Shown here: positions 10,802 through 14,986 of the stretch, in pieces
How the letters are laid out: every line of letters starts with the position of its first letter
Numbering within the stretch: the first letter of the stretch is position 1
Source: Octopus sinensis
Lineage: Eukaryota
Reading direction: 5' to 3'
NCBI RefSeq assembly: GCF_006345805.1
Contig: NW_021825677.1
Location: 1-14,986, forward strand
Length of the DNA stretch: 14,986 bases
Notes under the pieces: generated by a model
The model's database searches: none
Told to the model about the DNA's origin: nothing
Seen by the model: only the letters and a program-made list of their open reading frames with translations
Made by a program: the position numbers and the translations under genes

Positions 10802-11184
10802 AATGCTGTCATCCTCCTCCTCATCATCATCGTCATGGACAGCAGCATCGTTGTTGTTGTCGTTGTCGGTGGTGATGGCATAACCGTTGTCGTCATCATC
10901 ATCATCGTCAACGTGGCAGTCATCTGTGTCGTTCTCTCTCTCTCTCATTCTCTCTCTCTCTCTCTCAATGTATGTATGTATGTATGCATGTATGTATGTA
11001 TGTATGTTTGTATGTATATATGTAAGTATATACGTATGTATGTATGTATGTATGTATGTTTGTATCTATCTATCTTTCTTTCTTTCTGTCTCTCACGCTC
11101 TCTCTCTCATTTTTTCTCCCTCTCTCTTTCTCTATCCCTTTTTCTCCTTTTCTTCCCCCTGTCACTTTTTCTCTCTCGCTATAT

Positions 11185-11230
<46 letters not shown>

Positions 11231-11270
11231 CGTGTGTGTGTGTGTATGTGACACCTACATACATGCACAC
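10740..11270. repeat. Compound (TAC)/(TGC)n/(CAT)/(GTT), then (CT)n, (TATG)n, (CT)-rich, (TA)n, (GT)n
   Basis: Directly visible. The poly-Ala, poly-Ser and poly-Asp ORFs here come from the triplet runs. Confidence 0.92.
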
Positions 11271-11382
11271 ACATGTCTATATGTATGTTTTCTTCATATA
11301 TCAAACATGTTAAAGATGAATAATGATAATACAGTAATATAATAATCTAATATTGATTTTGGGAATGGTTGTCGTGGATATT

Positions 11383-11443
11383 ATCAACCTCAGTACTTGA
11401 CTGGTATTTTATTTAATCCATCCCAGATGAATGAAAGCCAAAG
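11383..11443 (-). mobile_element. Short degraded fragment of the SINE family A core
   Basis: ATCAACCTCAGTACTTGACTGGTATTTTATTT...GAATGAAAGCCAAAG resembles ATCGACCCCAGTGCGTAAGTGGTACTTAATTTATCGACCCCGAAAGGATGAAAGGCAAAG at 3685-3743. Confidence 0.6.
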
Positions 11444-12505
11444 ATATTTATTTCACTAATTAGTATTTTAAGAGCATTTAATTTCTCTAAACTCCCAATC
11501 CAAAGAATAAAGAAATCTTCTCTAAAAGTATTTTCTCTTTATTTATTGGTAGAAAGAGCCTTACTACTTTCGTAGCGATTCCAGACATACATTTGTATCA
11601 TGACATTGTAATTTACATATATCCCTTACTTAAATTTGCGAAGAGCGGGGCTACTGTCATCACCATTGCGGGTCCATAAAACTGTTTAATAACAGTTGGC
11701 CTCGATTATGTAATATTTAGCTTGGAGAGAAAATTTTGTTCATTTAATTATCAATTCCGTCTCTGTCGTTCTGATACTTCTCTATAATTCTCCAACCGCA
11801 CATATTCCATGGTCGTCAACGATTTTGGTAAACAAATTCACATGAAAAGATGCAATAAATATTGCCTGAATGATATATTTTTGAAAGCAGTACATCATGT
11901 CTAGACAGTCTGCTATGATTCTTTAAATGTGTTTTAGAAGTTATTTCAATAAGTTATCTATAAAAACATCTACTCAGTCGGAGGGTTCACATTCTATGTC
12001 AGGTAATATCTTTTTTTATCTTTTATCTTTTAATTATATTGCTGTTAATGTTAAATCGTTTGCTGATAGAATATTAATGCATATATAGGGTCCGGCATAT
12101 ACATTTACCCATTATTTCAACATAATAAATCACGCAATTCCGTTAAGAAAAGATTAAGGGCCATAGTGCCCATTTTCAATAGTAAATTATATGGAATATA
12201 TTTTCCATAAACATTGCAGTCAACCTGTAAACTTTCCTTTTCTGAAAACTAAAACTTCATAATTTATGATAAAATGAGTAACGGGTGTATATGCCGCACC
12301 TGGCACTTGTGGTTTCTTTGCATGGTTCGCCTGCTTTGTAGTTACAAAGTTTTGTTATGACAGAAAAATCTAGATTCATATTTAAAAAAAATTATTTATG
12401 TAATTATGTGATAAATTTTTGTATAAGTTGCTTAGTCCTGGTAGTAGTTTTTAACCAGTTCGTAGAATACTTAATGACTAGCATCAGTAAAACAAGATTA
12501 GTCAC

Positions 12506-13268
12506 TTATTCAATATCCATCCATATAATTCCATTCCCTTTTCCAGTTTCTTTATTTGCCATATCGTTATCATCTTTCAATTCAACTATATTTTTCCATT
12601 CAGCAATACTGAAGTTTCACTTCATTTTTTTCTTTTATTCATGTAACATATCATATTGAAATTTCAAAATCCTCAAGTGGTTTATTTATTTCTTTGGATG
12701 AAACATAATTGCTTTTGTTCATAACAAGCGATTATCATGGTTTATTTTTATCAAATAATTCTTTACTGAATGGCTATTATGCAAAAGATTGTAAAATGTT
12801 TTTAATTTCTTTATAATTGGATCTCCGGGGTTGGCATCAATAGTAGTTCTTTTGCGAATATATCAATATGTTGTATTGTTAATACAATCTTCGATAAATT
12901 TATTACTTTTAATTTTTCAGTTCCAACGTATATCTCTGTTCCTCTGCCCAAGTTTTCCAAAGAATCCACTGCCGATATTTGATTGGTTTGAATCGTCAAT
13001 AATTGTAGTTCATACTGCAATTTTCTTGTCTAAGATTTCGGATTCCACGTTTCTTGGAAGAGTTTCAAATTATTTCTACTCTTATTTCGCGTCGCTGGAG
13101 AAACCTACTTTTCCATTTGCATTTTGCTATTTATACCGTGTGATGCATTTTAAATTTGAAATTGTTAAAATCTCACAATTGGTATCGTGTTATTATATCG
13201 ATCTAAACGTTTATAAATTGATTTCAGTTATTTCGTCGTTTCTACTTAAGTCTTCAGTTCTGTGTTTC
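12506..13268 (-). pseudogene. Possible heavily decayed Hsp90-family C-terminal fragment (many in-frame stops)
   Basis: One minus frame gives FETLPRNVESEILDKKI ... NNTTY*YIRKRTTIDANPGDPIIKKLKTFYNLLHNSHSVKNYLI ... RILKF. From memory, Hsp90 reads FENLCKIMKDILEKKV ... [44 protein letters not shown] ... RMIKL. Order and spacing agree, but identity is only about 25-30%, judged by eye with no E-value. Confidence 0.35.
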
Positions 13269-13288
13269 GTTATAAATGGATTGAGAGA

Positions 13289-13718
13289 AGGCGGCGAGCT
13301 GTCAGAAACGTTAGCGCGCCGGGCGAAATGCTTAGCGGTGTTTAGTCTGCCTCTACGTTCTGAGTTCAAATTCCGCCGTGGTCAATATTGCCTTTCATCA
13401 TTTCTGGATCGATAAATAAAGTACCAGTTACGCACTGGGGTCGATGTAATCGACTTAATCCCTTTGTCTGCCCTTGTTTGTCCCTTCTATGTTTAGCTCT
13501 TTGCGGGCAATAAAGAAATAAGAAACGTTAGTACACCGGCCGAAATGCTTAGCGGTGTTTCGGCTGTGTTTACGTTCAGAGCTCAAATTCCGCCGAAGTT
13601 GATTTTGCCTTTCATCCTTTCGGGGTCGATAAATTAAGTACCAAATGCGTACTGTGGTCGATGCAATCGACTAGCCTGCTGCCCTAAAATTTCGAGTTTG
13701 GTGCCTAGAGTAGAAACG
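13289..13718 (+). mobile_element. SINE family A heterodimer (unit 1 13290-13521, unit 2 13522-13718 with a different 3' tail) flanked by a 20-bp TSD
   Basis: Both units carry the head and core (CGTTAG..CCG..CGAAATGCTTAGCGGTGTTT...CAAATTCCGCCG...GCCTTTCATC). GTTATAAATGGATTGAGAGA occurs exactly at 13269-13288 and 13719-13738. Confidence 0.92.
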
Positions 13719-13842
13719 GTTATAAATGGATTGAGAGATTTGTGTTTAATTTTCAAATCGGTTTCGTTAGTGAGTGCCATTTACTATTTCGATAATAAAA
13801 TTTCATCTCCAAAATACTTCTCTCTCACTTTCTCCCTTTGTA

Positions 13843-13866
13843 TACACACAAACATACACAAACACA

Positions 13867-13903
<37 letters not shown>

Positions 13904-13904
13904 A

Positions 13905-13943
<39 letters not shown>

Positions 13944-14123
13944 ATACACACACATGTATGTGAGGATGTGTGCTCGTGTGTGTATTTCTGTGAATGTTAT
14001 ATATACATGTGTATATCTGTGCGTATGTATGTATGTATGTATGTATGTATGTATGTATGTATGTATGTATGTATGTATGTATGGATGGATGGATGTATAT
14101 TTATATGTATATGTGTATATATA

Positions 14124-14175
<52 letters not shown>

Positions 14176-14200
14176 CATATACATATATACATATACATAT
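13843..14200. repeat. Compound (CA)n, (GT), (TATG)n, (TA)n microsatellite
   Basis: Directly visible. Confidence 0.95.
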
Positions 14201-14201
14201 T

Positions 14202-14320
14202 TTCCACCGAGTCGACTTTGCCTTCCATTCTTTCGAGATCGATAAAATGAACACTGTGATCAATGTAATCAAACAACTGAATCCCACAAAACCCCCGGGA
14301 CTTATGTCTGTAATAGAAAG
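14202..14320 (+). mobile_element. 5'-truncated SINE family A fragment
   Basis: TTCCACCGAGTCGACTTTGCCTTCCATTCTTTCGAGATCGATAAAATGA is the family A core. The downstream ...TAATAGAAAG resembles the end of the unit-2 tail at about 13700-13716. Confidence 0.75.
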
Positions 14321-14986
14321 TGCATGACACAAGGGTTTGGAATTTCATGCAAGGCCTTGACTATCCACCATTTCCAGAATAGGACAAAGGAAAATTTGCT
14401 GTCTCAGCTTTGCTAATATTATAACCTCCAGCTTCCCCAAACAGACTAGTTAAATCTGAATAACACAAAAAGTAAAGAAGACTTCTAATCAACTGACTTT
14501 TTCCGCATACTTGTATTCTTTTGTGAAACCTTGAAAACCACATGACCGAATGTCATTAGTCTCCAGATAAAAACAACTACAGCTAAGGTTAATGACACAT
14601 CTGCTGAACAACTAAGCTTTTTAGTAGTGAAACCTAAAAAAATAACTCCAAGCAATGAAGATGAGGCACCAAAACGGGCACACCTGATTAGAAAGTTCTA
14701 CAGGCAATAACTGAATTTTGAACATTAACTCAACTCCAAATTTCATCACTAAAAGTCTTCTATAAATATTTTCCATCAGATCCTAGTTTTCAAACTAATT
14801 ATCATTCAACACAGCTCCACCTACCCATGAAATGTTTAACTTAAAAGAGGCTATATAAAGCCAGTATGAACTTTTAATGTACTACAGTTCAATCATGGCT
14901 TAGCAGTCTGGAACTTCGAAGTTATTGTCAGTACTACTCTTACTACAAAACGTAGTGAATAATCCTTCGTTTAATGTAAATTGTTC

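Noticed and set aside
12938-12976. IGSGFFGKLGQRN resembles a kinase glycine loop or the Polinton polB GKFGQR motif
   Set aside because: No downstream kinase (VAIK, HRD, DFG) or polB (DTDS) motifs in any frame I translated.
12831-13415. 194-aa plus-strand ORF
   Set aside because: T-rich antisense of an A-rich strand, giving a featureless L/F/S/I peptide that runs into a SINE. No recognisable domain.
1-14986. CRISPR-like arrays, operons or other prokaryotic systems
   Set aside because: No regularly spaced repeat-spacer array and no gene-dense region; the window is eukaryotic repeat-rich DNA.

Overview
AT-rich eukaryotic non-coding DNA, most likely intronic or intergenic sequence from an octopus or close cephalopod relative. 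That assignment rests on my recall of the two tRNA-derived SINE families present and on the extreme microsatellite density; I could not run a database search. No intact protein-coding gene, RNA gene or CRISPR array is supported, and most long ORFs in the supplied track are translations of simple repeats. Well-supported content: several copies of SINE family A (two of them dimers with 18-20 bp target-site duplications), two copies of SINE family B, a near-perfect 146-bp palindrome between (TA)n tracts, a diverged 182-bp tandem duplication, and many compound microsatellites. The most intriguing but uncertain signal is a stop-riddled minus-strand frame (about 12506-13780, split by a SINE dimer) that aligns by eye with the C-terminal part of Hsp90. 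I found no convincing new biological system.
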